Positions 47,531 through 57,290 of a DNA stretch of 64,000 bases are shown here, in pieces. The translations under genes and the position numbers were made by a program. The notes under the pieces were generated by a model. It ran no database searches and was not told where the DNA came from. It worked only from the letters and a program-made list of their open reading frames with translations. How positions within the stretch are numbered: position 1 is the stretch's first letter; the number at the start of each line of letters is the position of its first letter. This DNA comes from an uncultured Leptolinea sp. (GTDB lineage: Bacteria > Chloroflexota > Anaerolineae > Anaerolineales > Anaerolineaceae): positions 67-64,066 of the forward strand of contig CAYOKC010000001.1 of assembly GCA_964404415.1 (NCBI GenBank), given 5' to 3'.

Positions 47531-48643
47531 ATGTCAGATAACCAATTACCTGCGGAATTACATTCCAAAACTGATGTTAACCAAAAGTTGATCGGCATAA
47601 TCTTCAGTGACGTGAAGCGGGAATACTTCCCAACGGAAGCCCAGTACATCACAGAAAAAGATGCCGAAGATGACGCGCGTATCATCGGCCGTTATCTGCA
47701 GGATCTCGGATTCAATGTGGCCTATCACCCTGGAAATTCGCGGCTTCCTGCCTGGCTGCGTAAAACCAAACCGGACTTAATCCTCAACCTGGTTGACTCA
47801 GTCAAAGGCAAAGAAAGCCTTGCTTCCGCTATACCGGGCGTCCTTGAATTGCTGGACATACCGTACACCGGGGCGGATATACTGGGCCTGTCACTGGACA
47901 CCAACAAATTCGTTATCAAGAAGTTGTTGCAGCAGCATGGCGTTCCGGTGCCCAATTTTCAGCTTTTTCATACCCCTAAAGACTATATCGACCCCGCGCT
48001 GCGCTTTCCATTGATATCCAAATTGAATGCCATCCATGGATCGGTGGAGATCACAGCAGACGCCGTTTCCGAAAATGAGAAACAACTTCGCAAACGGTTG
48101 GGTTACCTGATCCGCACATATAAGGAACCGGTACTGGTGGAAGAATTCATCAGCGGCCGGGAGATTACGGTCATTGTGTTACAGGAAAAAAAGAAGAGCG
48201 CCTTTCAGGCGGAAAAGATATTCAAAGATACCAGCAGAAAATATTTGTTCCTGACCTTTGAAGATCAATGGCTGACTGAAAAAGACGCGGCCTTCCATTA
48301 TGTTAAGTATGAAGACCCTTTACTGAAAGAATATGTGAAGAAGGCGTTTAACGTGACAAAAATGAGCGGCTACGCGAAGTTTGATATCCGCCTTGATCAG
48401 TCAGGCCGCTATTTCTTTATTGATACCAATTGCAACCCGGCACTCGGTCCTGTTGAACAGGATGTGGCCCTGTCTGTCATTATGGATTTGCATGATATCG
48501 GGTTTCCCGAAGTGCTGCAGCGGTTGGTTACCAGCGCGTTCCGCGATGACCGGCAAAAGAAAAAAGGGGTGAATGGCAGAAAGAACGGGGGAAACGTTGA
48601 ACCGGATGAAATGCCTGTAGTAAAAGTACAGCGCCCGGGATAG
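47531..48643 (+). CDS. ATP-grasp ligase, D-Ala-D-Ala ligase-like (divergent)
   Basis: LELLDIPYTG, KFVIKKLL..GVPVP, FPLISK, VLVEEFISGRE, AKFDIR, IDTNCNP. Confidence 0.8.
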   Translation: MSDNQLPAELHSKTDVNQKLIGIIFSDVKREYFPTEAQYITEKDAEDDARIIGRYLQDLGFNVAYHPGNSRLPAWLRKTKPDLILNLVDSVKGKESLASAIPGVLELLDIPYTGADILGLSLDTNKFVIKKLLQQHGVPVPNFQLFHTPKDYIDPALRFPLISKLNAIHGSVEITADAVSENEKQLRKRLGYLIRTYKEPVLVEEFISGREITVIVLQEKKKSAFQAEKIFKDTSRKYLFLTFEDQWLTEKDAAFHYVKYEDPLLKEYVKKAFNVTKMSGYAKFDIRLDQSGRYFFIDTNCNPALGPVEQDVALSVIMDLHDIGFPEVLQRLVTSAFRDDRQKKKGVNGRKNGGNVEPDEMPVVKVQRPG

Positions 48644-48670
48644 TACGGGCGCTGTGACCAGTTTTCAGGA

Positions 48671-49081
48671 TTACGCGGATTTCGGTCCGGTGTAAACCAC
48701 TTCGAGCAGAAGCCTGTCCGGGGTTTCAAACATCACCTGGTAGTAGGTGCTATCAGTCCCACTGAACTCCGGGCGGTGGCGGGGTGTTTCAAAGAGCGCC
48801 GGGATGCCGCGTTTTGCCAGGTATTCAACCATGGCGTCAACATCTTCCTGCTTCTTGACACCAATGCCTACATGGTTGACGCCTTTGCCGTCATAATCAT
48901 TGGCATGGTCTTTCAACGGCGCGCCAAACCACAGGCTGCCGCCGTTTTCGTCACCCACACCCAACATATTGGGGTCATCATAGAGAACCGTCCAGTTTAA
49001 GAAGGCGAATAGATCTTTGTAGAATCCCAGGTTTTTGAGGTCTACCCAGGCGACGATGTGGCTGAAATTCGACTTTTCCAT
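48671..49081 (-). CDS. VOC/glyoxalase family protein
   Basis: FSHI, FY, GVNHVG, YYQVMFETPD..LLEVV. Confidence 0.85.
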   Translation of the reverse strand: MEKSNFSHIVAWVDLKNLGFYKDLFAFLNWTVLYDDPNMLGVGDENGGSLWFGAPLKDHANDYDGKGVNHVGIGVKKQEDVDAMVEYLAKRGIPALFETPRHRPEFSGTDSTYYQVMFETPDRLLLEVVYTGPKSA

Positions 49082-49254
49082 ACTTCTCCTTTATGAAACA
49101 TATGTCCCGAATAAATGTTTTATACGCCATATAATATATCAAATGTTCTATTGAGTCAATGGTTGGTTTACTCGGGGCAGGGTGGAAAATTCGACGGGAA
49201 GTCAGTATTTCTTTAATTAAAAGTGTGCTCCGGGGCACCTTTCTACGATACCTT

Positions 49255-50274
49255 TTATTGGCTGGAATAAGCCTGTTTTAAAACCCGCAACGCCCGTAAT
49301 GTGACCCATTCATTCGGCATTTTTTCTTTACCGTAATTGCCCCAGGTTTTGCTTCCATAACGGTATTCCAGCGGCCAGCAGCCGTTTTCGTTCTGTTTAG
49401 ACAGAATTAATTCCAGAAGTGATGCCATGCGCGGATCAGAGCCGTATCCGAGAGCCGTCAACACTTCGGTCACTTGCAGCAGGTCGGAGATGTAGTACAC
49501 CGGGAACCCGAACAACCACCAGTCACGGCTGGGTTTGCCGGTAGTAGACGGCCACTCCGCCGTGACCGGGTCGATCCCGAGGAAGAAGTCAACTCCCTGT
49601 CGGATGGCATCTTTAACCACAGAAGACCGTTTTACCTCCGGCACAAGGCTTAATGCCAGCATTATTTTGACGGCGCCCCAGGCGCAGGGTTGTTTATTGT
49701 TGGCGCCGCAGGCAAAATTCGGGCCGCATTTATAGGATGTAAACCGCTTTTCCGCCTTCTTTTGGGTAATAGGCGCGATTCCCTCACCGGTGACGGTAGC
49801 CGCCGCCCATTCCACTGCCAGATCAAGGCGCGGGTCAGTGCAGCCCAATTGCAGCAGGGCGCGGGTGAGGTTGCCCTGAAGGCAATCGATCGTGCCGCCC
49901 GGCGCGCCGTTGTAGCTCATCTGGCCGTGTGTGGCCATGGTATTGTCCAAAATATACTGGCAGGCGGTGCTGACGCGCGGGTCGTCTGCCATCTTCGCGC
50001 CCAGCTGCCCCACCAGAGTGACTGCCCACACGGTGGATTTGTATTTCGGGCCATACCCGGGGCCGGGTTTCACCCAGTACCCTTCGGGCTCCATATGCGA
50101 GAGAACCAGGCCGGTATTCCCGTTTGTCAGAGCTTCCTGCCGGGCAGCCCTGCGGCGCGTATCTTCGGCAGGCACATCGAGCAGGTCACCCAGAGCCATA
50201 TCGCGGATCTCGGGCGCGGCGGAGTTCAGCAGCCAGTCAACCGGATTACCGTTCAATTTATCTTTCCAATCCAT
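49255..50274 (-). CDS. Prenyltransferase/squalene-oxidase-like alpha-toroid protein
   Basis: YGPKYKSTVW, W..FGFP.YY.SDLL, KQNENGCW, PNEWVTLRAL; ATG 50274 after GGAGGA. Confidence 0.7.
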   Translation of the reverse strand: MDWKDKLNGNPVDWLLNSAAPEIRDMALGDLLDVPAEDTRRRAARQEALTNGNTGLVLSHMEPEGYWVKPGPGYGPKYKSTVWAVTLVGQLGAKMADDPRVSTACQYILDNTMATHGQMSYNGAPGGTIDCLQGNLTRALLQLGCTDPRLDLAVEWAAATVTGEGIAPITQKKAEKRFTSYKCGPNFACGANNKQPCAWGAVKIMLALSLVPEVKRSSVVKDAIRQGVDFFLGIDPVTAEWPSTTGKPSRDWWLFGFPVYYISDLLQVTEVLTALGYGSDPRMASLLELILSKQNENGCWPLEYRYGSKTWGNYGKEKMPNEWVTLRALRVLKQAYSSQ

Positions 50275-50518
50275 CCAATCCTCCCTCAACATAACCGCGA
50301 AGTTTTTATAGTAAATATATTCTACTTTGATACAGGCTCCCAGACAACCACCAAATTAATCAGAGATTGTTTTCAATCCAGTTTCAGAACAAACTGGAAA
50401 ACCAACCGGCCCTACCTTATACGAAGTATGGGTACAGGAGCAGGGTTTCGGGATAATTATGACGTTCATCTTTAACAAAACGCGAATTTATTTACAAAGA
50501 ACACAGGATTGGATAAAA

Positions 50519-51052
50519 ATGCCCAGACAGGAACGAAAAGGTTTGATCATCATTCATACAGGTGATGGAAAAGGAAAATCGACCGCCGCTTTTGGCATGG
50601 TGCTACGAGCCTGGGGACGGGGGATGAAAACCTGCGTGATCCAATTTATTAAGTCAGAAACAGCCGTATGGGGTGAAACCATGGCAGCCAGAAAGCTGGA
50701 CCTGGAATGGATCACCACCGGTGACGGATTTACCTGGGAATCAAAAAACCTGGATGAAACGGCTGCCCGTGCCGTGCATGGGTGGGATATTGCCCGGGAA
50801 AAAATAGCCAGCGGCGATTATGACCTGATCGTTCTGGATGAGATGACCTATCCCTTCCACTACGGCTGGCTTAATGAAGATGACGTCACTGCATGGCTGG
50901 CGGCCAACAAACCGGAAAAGCTGCATCTGGTGATCACCGGCCGGGACGCGCCGCAAAAGTTGATTGACATGGCGGATCTGGTTTCCGAGATGAAAGCAAT
51001 TAAGCATCCTTTTGAAAAAGGGATCTATGCCCAACCGGGTGTGGAATACTAG
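50519..51052 (+). CDS. cobO: Cob(I)yrinic acid a,c-diamide adenosyltransferase
   Basis: HTGDGKGKSTAAFG, QFIKS, VLDE, VITGR.A, ADLVSEM..KHPF..G..AQ.GVEY. Confidence 0.95.
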   Translation: MPRQERKGLIIIHTGDGKGKSTAAFGMVLRAWGRGMKTCVIQFIKSETAVWGETMAARKLDLEWITTGDGFTWESKNLDETAARAVHGWDIAREKIASGDYDLIVLDEMTYPFHYGWLNEDDVTAWLAANKPEKLHLVITGRDAPQKLIDMADLVSEMKAIKHPFEKGIYAQPGVEY

Positions 51053-51112
51053 TACTTGACTTCTTCCGGCATCAGGCCTCATTTCAATGCGAATAAGGTA
51101 ATCTGGCGAATT

Positions 51113-51131
51113 TACTTGACTTAAGCAAGTA
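51113..51131. promoter_or_regulatory. Palindromic operator candidate for the downstream MarR-GNAT gene
   Basis: TACTTG-acttaag-CAAGTA overlapping a TTGACT -35-like hexamer. Confidence 0.55.
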
Positions 51132-51167
51132 TTTAATTGATAATAGCAATATATTCCGGAGGTACAC

Positions 51168-52103
51168 ATGGAAGCAAATTCACCCATGGACTATATTGCC
51201 CGTATCCGTCATTTCAACCGGTTTTACACCCGTCTCATCGGGCTGATCACCGGCCATTATCTCGAATCTCCCTACTCTCTTACGGAAGCCAGAGTTTTGT
51301 ATGAACTGGCCAATCAGACCGAACCAACCGCGACAGCCGTCAACGCCGAACTGCGGCTTGACGCGGGTTACCTGAGCCGGATACTCAATGGCTTTTCCAA
51401 AGCCGGTCTGATCACCAAAACTCCCTCGCGTGACGACGCCCGCGCCTCGATCCTCACTCTGACGGAAAATGGCCGCCAGGCCTATGAGGACCTGAACAGC
51501 CGATCACAGGCTGGCATCCAATCCTTACTTGAACCGCTATCACCTAGTGACCAATCCCGAGTGGTGACTGCCATGGGCACCATCGAATCGCTGCTTAACG
51601 ATTCCAAACCCGAGAAACCAGCCTCCACGCTATTTATCCGGCCGCCGGTTCCCGGTGACATGGGCTGGGTGGTCAAGCGCCATGCCGAATTGTACGCTCA
51701 GGAATACGGTTGGGATGAGAAATTTGAAGGGCTGGTAGCCGGGATCGTCTCTGATTTCGTCAAGAATTTTGACCCTACGCGCGAACGCTGCTGGATTGCC
51801 GAGCAGAACGGTGAGAATGTGGGATGCATCTTCCTGGTGAAACTGGATGAGCGAACCGCCAAACTGCGCATGCTGCTGGTTGACCCGAAGACCCGGGGTA
51901 TGGGGCTGGGCGGCAAGCTGGTGAATGAATGTGTTCAACAGGCGCGCCGCTTCGGGTACAAAAAGATGGTGCTCTGGACGAACAACATTCTGCACTCCGC
52001 CATCCATCTTTATGAAAAAGCCGGTTTCCACAAAGTGAGTGAAGAGCCGGAACACGCCTACGGGCACGACCTGATCTTTGAGAACTGGGAAATGGACCTG
52101 TAA
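51168..52103 (+). CDS. Bifunctional MarR HTH regulator / GNAT acetyltransferase
   Basis: FNRFYT, SLTEARVLYEL, LDAGYLSR; RG.GLG..LV, LWT, AIHLYEKAGF. Confidence 0.92.
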   Translation: MEANSPMDYIARIRHFNRFYTRLIGLITGHYLESPYSLTEARVLYELANQTEPTATAVNAELRLDAGYLSRILNGFSKAGLITKTPSRDDARASILTLTENGRQAYEDLNSRSQAGIQSLLEPLSPSDQSRVVTAMGTIESLLNDSKPEKPASTLFIRPPVPGDMGWVVKRHAELYAQEYGWDEKFEGLVAGIVSDFVKNFDPTRERCWIAEQNGENVGCIFLVKLDERTAKLRMLLVDPKTRGMGLGGKLVNECVQQARRFGYKKMVLWTNNILHSAIHLYEKAGFHKVSEEPEHAYGHDLIFENWEMDL

Positions 52104-52107
52104 ACCC

Positions 52108-52140
52108 GCATCCCCCCGCTCGATCCGGGCGGGGGGATGC
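52108..52140. terminator. GC-rich hairpin between convergent genes
   Basis: gcatccccccgc...gcggggggatgc. Confidence 0.75.
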
Positions 52141-52153
52141 TTTAATCATCACA

Positions 52154-52642
52154 CTACTGTGCGTTGACAAATTCCGCGGCCCAGTCAAACGACCCGGAAT
52201 CTTCGTAGTACTTCGGCCAGTGGGCGCTCCAGGCCGGGGTCTGCACGTCACGCACCCGGTCAGCGCACGGCTCGTAGGGCTTAATGTCAAGCACCGGTGT
52301 ACCGTCTTCGGCATCGATCCACGCCATGATGATACGGCCGTTAACTTCGTCCACATGGATCACCTGCGCCACGGATACGCAGATCGGGTTGGGGCGCATT
52401 GGAGAGCGGGTGGCAAAGATGCCCAACCGGTCGGGCGCTTTGGCGTACGGTTTTTCCACCACGGTATTCTTGCGGAATTCAGGTGTATCCAACAGATGAC
52501 TCCACCACAATACATTGATGTGGCTGAAACCCTGCAGGCCGGTCAACGCGTCACGGTATTCGGGTTTAAGTTCCAGAACGAAGCCGTCCTGTCCAGACCG
52601 GATATAGCCAAGCGGAGAGACAACACAATCAGTTTGTGCCAT
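52154..52642 (-). CDS. tsaA: TrmO/TsaA-like SAM-binding methyltransferase domain protein
   Basis: L.GL.GFSHI.VLW, GIFATRSP.RPNPI, DAEDGTPVLDIKPY. Confidence 0.85.
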   Translation of the reverse strand: MAQTDCVVSPLGYIRSGQDGFVLELKPEYRDALTGLQGFSHINVLWWSHLLDTPEFRKNTVVEKPYAKAPDRLGIFATRSPMRPNPICVSVAQVIHVDEVNGRIIMAWIDAEDGTPVLDIKPYEPCADRVRDVQTPAWSAHWPKYYEDSGSFDWAAEFVNAQ

Positions 52643-52720
52643 TTGATTTTCCTTCTTTCTATTTAATTAGATTTATCAGCGGCCGCTGGTTTTACCGATT
52701 TATTTCACGCTACTCGATCT

Positions 52721-53368
52721 TCAATACCAGAGGGACACATACCGCGCGGCATCAATCAACCGCTTGATATCCCGAAGCCCAATACGCCCTTTGAACCAGG
52801 CGTTATTCACATTGGCGTCATTCATACCCCTATCCAATTCTTCGGGATTGGCGACGGCTACAGCCGCCGGGGTTTCATACCCGGCTGTAACCAACATGCG
52901 CGCCGCCAGTGGGCTGATCCACTGGATGCGGGTCAGGTCGGCACATTTCAGCAGATGATCCACAAGCTCAGCCGGAACCCCGGCAGCCCGCGATTTTTCG
53001 GGATATTCGCACAGGTCAGCCGTGGTCTTGATCCCGGCCGCCTCCAATTTCGCGGTTTCTTCCACCGGGATCCAGTCAAACTCTTTCAGGCTGAACGGTT
53101 TGGGATACCAGCTTTCCACCTCCCGCCGCAGCAGTGCCAGATGATCTTTATCAATACCCGTCTGATCGGCAATGGCGAACAGGCGCTTATTGTCTTTCAG
53201 TTCTTTTCGCAACGCGGCCAGATTCTGAATACCCAGTCCATTCAGTTTTGCCAGTACGTCATCCAATTCGCCTTTGATAGCCTCCCGGCTGGGAACAAGG
53301 TCAGTCGTAACGATCCGTTCTTTGAGGGCAGGCAGGCTGATGGTTTCCGCGTCAAAGCAATAGCGCAT
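52721..53368 (-). CDS. DUF4332 domain protein (HhH-like)
   Basis: LEAAGIKT..DL, ADLTRI.WI, A.ML..AGY. Confidence 0.7.
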   Translation of the reverse strand: MRYCFDAETISLPALKERIVTTDLVPSREAIKGELDDVLAKLNGLGIQNLAALRKELKDNKRLFAIADQTGIDKDHLALLRREVESWYPKPFSLKEFDWIPVEETAKLEAAGIKTTADLCEYPEKSRAAGVPAELVDHLLKCADLTRIQWISPLAARMLVTAGYETPAAVAVANPEELDRGMNDANVNNAWFKGRIGLRDIKRLIDAARYVSLWY

Positions 53369-53379
53369 GGTCGTCTCCT

Positions 53380-54207
53380 TCAGGCCGGGGTGACCGGAAT
53401 CTGCAGTTCAGTAAGGGAATCAGGGTCGGTATCATATTGACCTTCAGCAGGCAGCCGCAGGTAGATCTCGCGATCCGGGCCGGCAATCTTGAAGCCATTG
53501 TCGTTCACCCACTGCCACAGGGCTGTGTAACCATCGACCAGGCCGTTATACGATCCGCGGTGCGTTGTGAACACCATAGTGTTGACTTCAGGCAGTGTAT
53601 GGACCAGTCCACTACTGGACTGTGGAAGTGTGCCCGTCAGAGGCAGGCACACTTCCAGTTTGATCGTTGGTTCCGTACCGTGGCACAGGGTAAGGTACGG
53701 GGGTTGAACCTGTAAGGCTTCCGCCTGAACCCGCTCCCCCAGTTCCATCCACAACGGAGTGACATCGCGGTAATCAGGCACCTCACCGGTGACGGACGCC
53801 ACGGGAAGGGCGTCAACATGCTTGATGTTGATCTCATAGTCCGTCGGGTTGCCCTGATGCTCCAGCATTTGCAGGCGCATTTTGATGCGTTCGAGTTGAT
53901 CAAGATTGTTCTGCACCTGGGTTCGAACTTCATCCTGTTTCAACACCAGGATACGCCGCATCTCTTCGGGGGTTATATTATCGCGCAGCATGCGTTTGAC
54001 CTGATCCAGCGGGAGCCCGAGGTCTTTCAACGCCAGAATGCGGTGCAGCGTGGGGAGTTGGTCCAGTAGGTAATACCGGTACCCGGTGAACGGATCCACC
54101 TCGCCGGGGCGCAGCAAATCCAGATCCGCGTAGTACCGCAGGGTCTGAACCGTCACCTGGCCGAGCCGGGCGAATTCGCCGATCTTGAGCTTCAACGTGT
54201 TGTCCAT
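53380..54207 (-). CDS. MerR-family regulator with GyrI-like effector domain (BmrR type)
   Basis: LKIGEFA.L..V...TLRYY, DPFTGYRYY, HRGSY, GPDREIYL, TELQIPV; ATG 54207 lies just downstream of the -10. Confidence 0.93.
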   Translation of the reverse strand: MDNTLKLKIGEFARLGQVTVQTLRYYADLDLLRPGEVDPFTGYRYYLLDQLPTLHRILALKDLGLPLDQVKRMLRDNITPEEMRRILVLKQDEVRTQVQNNLDQLERIKMRLQMLEHQGNPTDYEINIKHVDALPVASVTGEVPDYRDVTPLWMELGERVQAEALQVQPPYLTLCHGTEPTIKLEVCLPLTGTLPQSSSGLVHTLPEVNTMVFTTHRGSYNGLVDGYTALWQWVNDNGFKIAGPDREIYLRLPAEGQYDTDPDSLTELQIPVTPA

Positions 54208-54216
54208 ACGCTGACC

Positions 54217-54247
54217 AATATACACCCTCTGGTTACCATAGAGTCAA
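54217..54247 (-). promoter_or_regulatory. MerR-type promoter TTGACT-N19-TATATT with spacer dyad
   Basis: 19-bp spacer containing ctct(a)tggt-a-acca-gag. Confidence 0.8.
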
Positions 54248-54260
54248 GCATCAATTTATT

Positions 54261-55172
54261 CTACATTTTTTCGGCGTATATAAAATGAGCGGTATCAAAC
54301 GCGTGGTACAGGTCTTCCCGGTTCGAGAAAAAACGTTCCTCAATGGCAGCCGGTGACAGATTCTCCAGCGTTCTGAATCCGAGACGCGAGAGTTCCGCTT
54401 CCAATTCCGCCGGATCAAATCCGGTCTTCATCGGTTCCCCGGTCTGGCGGGTTATGGATTGCAATTTCATCTCCCGGTCTGAAATACGCGCCGGGTCAAA
54501 CGCGGTATCATCCGCGTAATCGAAAACCAGCCCGCTGCCAGGCACGCTTATATCCGCGATGATCCCCAGTGTGTTCTGTATGGCTTCCAGCTCAAGGTAA
54601 TAGGTCACGCCGGGCCAACTGAAAAAAGACGGCCTGGCGGGGTCAAAGCCGCTCCGCAGCAGACAGTCACGCAGGTCATCCGTTTCTAAATTGACCGGGA
54701 TCAGGGTGAGATTTCGCGGCAGACCGCCAGCTGCCCGCGTCAGCCTGACTTTTTTATCTGCCTGTGAAGCAGGATGGTCCACCTCAAATACCCACACGCT
54801 TTCCGCCAGTTCCGGCCGGCGCAGGGTGAACGTGTCCAAACCGGCCCCGAGGATTACATACTGACTAATTCCATTCGCGATGGCATTTTCCAGACAATCT
54901 TCGATAAACCTGGCCCTGCCCAGTACCGTGGAACTATTGTATTTCTGCATAACCAGCCGCCGGGCGGTGGCTTCATCCACCGTTCCGGAAGTTTCCGGCT
55001 CAAACAGGTTCAACAGGCTGGTCACACTCTTTTCCATGAAAGCATACTCTTCCGGTGACAACAACCGCTCCGCCCAGGAATCATTAAATATCTTCGGTGA
55101 ATCGTTCTTCGCGTGATAGGCGCGCGTGAATCCGCAGACCAAAGCGGTAATGCTGGCCTTCTGTGCATCCAT
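54261..55172 (-). CDS. SAM-dependent methyltransferase, LCM/YktD family
   Basis: RA.H, RARFIED, QYVILGAGLDT, FEVDHP, GVTYYL, GEP. Confidence 0.9.
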   Translation of the reverse strand: MDAQKASITALVCGFTRAYHAKNDSPKIFNDSWAERLLSPEEYAFMEKSVTSLLNLFEPETSGTVDEATARRLVMQKYNSSTVLGRARFIEDCLENAIANGISQYVILGAGLDTFTLRRPELAESVWVFEVDHPASQADKKVRLTRAAGGLPRNLTLIPVNLETDDLRDCLLRSGFDPARPSFFSWPGVTYYLELEAIQNTLGIIADISVPGSGLVFDYADDTAFDPARISDREMKLQSITRQTGEPMKTGFDPAELEAELSRLGFRTLENLSPAAIEERFFSNREDLYHAFDTAHFIYAEKM

Positions 55173-55293
55173 TCTATGACCTCACTGGTATTTGAATTGT
55201 CCGGACGATGTTTAATAGCACATTTCAGGGTCCGATTCAATAACCAATTTTTAATTCAAGGCTTAGTTCTAATTATTTCTACCAATAATTAAC

Positions 55294-55620
55294 TCAGGGC
55301 TCATCCAGCAGGGGGATGATGTTGATCAGCGGTTCTTCGTACGGGTGGACGGCGCGGATCGCCTTGATCACCGCCGGCAGGATGACTTTCGAGCAGTTGA
55401 CTTCCACCTTGCATTCATGTCCCTCGCTGACCTCCCCCACCGTGCCGTCATACGGGTTGGCGCCGGCCAGCGGCCGCCAGTACCCTTTAACCGGCATGAT
55501 AGAGCAGCAGTGGTCATAGTTGCCGATCACTCCGGCGCCGGCTTTCGCCAGTGCGGCGCGCAGGCCGTCAACGTGGGTATCGGGAATGAAGATCTCGAGT
55601 TTCACCCGGAAAGTTTCCAT
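55294..55620 (-). CDS. YqfO/Nif3 insert-like (PII-like) small protein
   Basis: AGAGVIGNYDHC, RPLAGANP..G, VHPYEEP. Confidence 0.85.
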   Translation of the reverse strand: METFRVKLEIFIPDTHVDGLRAALAKAGAGVIGNYDHCCSIMPVKGYWRPLAGANPYDGTVGEVSEGHECKVEVNCSKVILPAVIKAIRAVHPYEEPLINIIPLLDEP

Positions 55621-55648
55621 ATAGCCTGCCTTTTTTCAATAAGGATTT

Positions 55649-56344
55649 TCACTGACCCAGGGGATACCGGTGAATGAGTGAGGTATTTTTTTTGGCCATA
55701 TACCAGTCATTCTTGACCAGATCCAGTCCATCCACCACAAATTCTCCAAAAGGTTTTTGTTTATTTTTTTGAAGAAATTCAGCCAACCCCGCCGGGTTGA
55801 CCAGAGGACGCGAAAAACGCATGACCGTGGTATGAGCCGCGGTTAGCACATAGCGTTTATCCAATCCCTGTGACAGCCCGCCCCGGATCAGGTTCTGACG
55901 CAACGTATTTCGGATCACATTCAGATGGTCAGGCCGGGGGTATCCGCATAGCATCACCGCGCTTTTGGAAACGGTCAACCCGCTGACCCGAAATTCAAAT
56001 GGCGGGATGTCCGCGAGCGTATTTTTGACCGCAGTCTGATACTCTTCCAGCCGGTCATATTCCCGCTGGTGGTCAACGATGGCTGTGAAAAGAGACAGTA
56101 CCGTGAAATGCAAATCAGATTCCGGATAATAATACTGGCCGGGTTCGACCCGGCGCATGTCGTCAAGAAAAGTCAGAATGACCTGTTTTAACGCAACCGG
56201 TGGACGAAAAACCAGTGTCAATCCCCGGCGCTGGTCCGTTTCAGGCTCGGAAATATAACGGTCAATTTCGATATCACCCCGGGAAACCGGAGAAATACTG
56301 CTATCCCAGAGCATTTTGTATATGGCATCAAACTTTTCACTCAT
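55649..56344 (-). CDS. 2H phosphoesterase (2'-5' RNA ligase-like)
   Basis: Two HxT motifs (LHFTV, AHTTV), D.RRGLTL, LV.NDWY; start uncertain (track 56422). Confidence 0.75.
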   Translation of the reverse strand: MSEKFDAIYKMLWDSSISPVSRGDIEIDRYISEPETDQRRGLTLVFRPPVALKQVILTFLDDMRRVEPGQYYYPESDLHFTVLSLFTAIVDHQREYDRLEEYQTAVKNTLADIPPFEFRVSGLTVSKSAVMLCGYPRPDHLNVIRNTLRQNLIRGGLSQGLDKRYVLTAAHTTVMRFSRPLVNPAGLAEFLQKNKQKPFGEFVVDGLDLVKNDWYMAKKNTSLIHRYPLGQ

Positions 56345-56434
56345 ATCCACACTATTGTAAGCCATTGGAATGAGAAAATAACGGGCCATAGAATCAAATC
56401 CACAGCCCGCTTTTGCCATCAAAAACCAGTCAGT

Positions 56435-57289
56435 TCACTTATCTGGAACATTACGCGCGGTCGTCTTGCGGAACAAAAAACCTGTGATAACCGCCATAAC
56501 AATAAATAGAGCCGCAAGGATGACCTCGCGTCCTACCGGGGTTATGTGTCCAAAACTCCACAGATCCGTGTTCTGGATATAACCTGCCGTGTAATTGACT
56601 ATCCCATGATACAGAATAGCGATAAATACACTTCCCTTACCGGCATGGTGGAATTTTGTCATGGCAAACGCGATGGCAATAGTTGAAACCGGATAGAGAC
56701 CAATTGCCAGCCATACAGGAACGTCACCCCGCCACTCAGGGAATACGAACACGGGTAAATGCCAGAAACCCCAGATCAACCCCAGAATGACACTGGCTCT
56801 CATATCGCCATATTTTTCCAGAAGCCGGGGGAGAAGAAAACCGCGCCATCCCAACTCTTCACCCAGCGGACCGATATCCAGCAGGATGGAACCCACAATG
56901 GCATTGACCGGAGCCAGTACCACCAGTGTCAGAAAAAGTTCAAACAGGTTTTCCCCTTCGGCGGCCTCGATCCCCAGCGCCTGGTATCCCAGAAAGGAAA
57001 CCAGCGGAAAAAGAAAGAATATGGCTAAATACGCCAGCCAGGAAACCTTCCACTGAAGTACCCGCTTCAGCAATGACTTAATACCGGCGTACCCCCGGGT
57101 GACAAATGTGACTATCAGCGACGCCAGTGTAGGGCCGTACGATGAAACATTCAACAAAACAAGAAACTGCTCATTGAACTGGTATTGCCCCCGCATGGCA
57201 GCCAATCCGGGCAACTGGATCATCCACGTGATCAGGTAGGAAAGCAGGCAATAGGATAGGACGGGGTGTGCTGTGATGATTCTTTTCAC
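56435..57289 (-). CDS. CPBP family intramembrane glutamic endopeptidase (CAAX/Abi)
   Basis: GEELGWRGF, WGFWHLP, YHGIVN. Confidence 0.92.
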   Translation of the reverse strand: MKRIITAHPVLSYCLLSYLITWMIQLPGLAAMRGQYQFNEQFLVLLNVSSYGPTLASLIVTFVTRGYAGIKSLLKRVLQWKVSWLAYLAIFFLFPLVSFLGYQALGIEAAEGENLFELFLTLVVLAPVNAIVGSILLDIGPLGEELGWRGFLLPRLLEKYGDMRASVILGLIWGFWHLPVFVFPEWRGDVPVWLAIGLYPVSTIAIAFAMTKFHHAGKGSVFIAILYHGIVNYTAGYIQNTDLWSFGHITPVGREVILAALFIVMAVITGFLFRKTTARNVPDK

Positions 57290-57290
57290 T

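Noticed and set aside
49136-49152. LexA (GAAC-N4-GTTC) box upstream of the VOC gene
   Set aside because: Only one half-site matches (AGAACATTTGAT)
50293-50518. Cobalamin riboswitch upstream of cobO
   Set aside because: No B12-box or conserved GGGAA/GCCACTG elements seen
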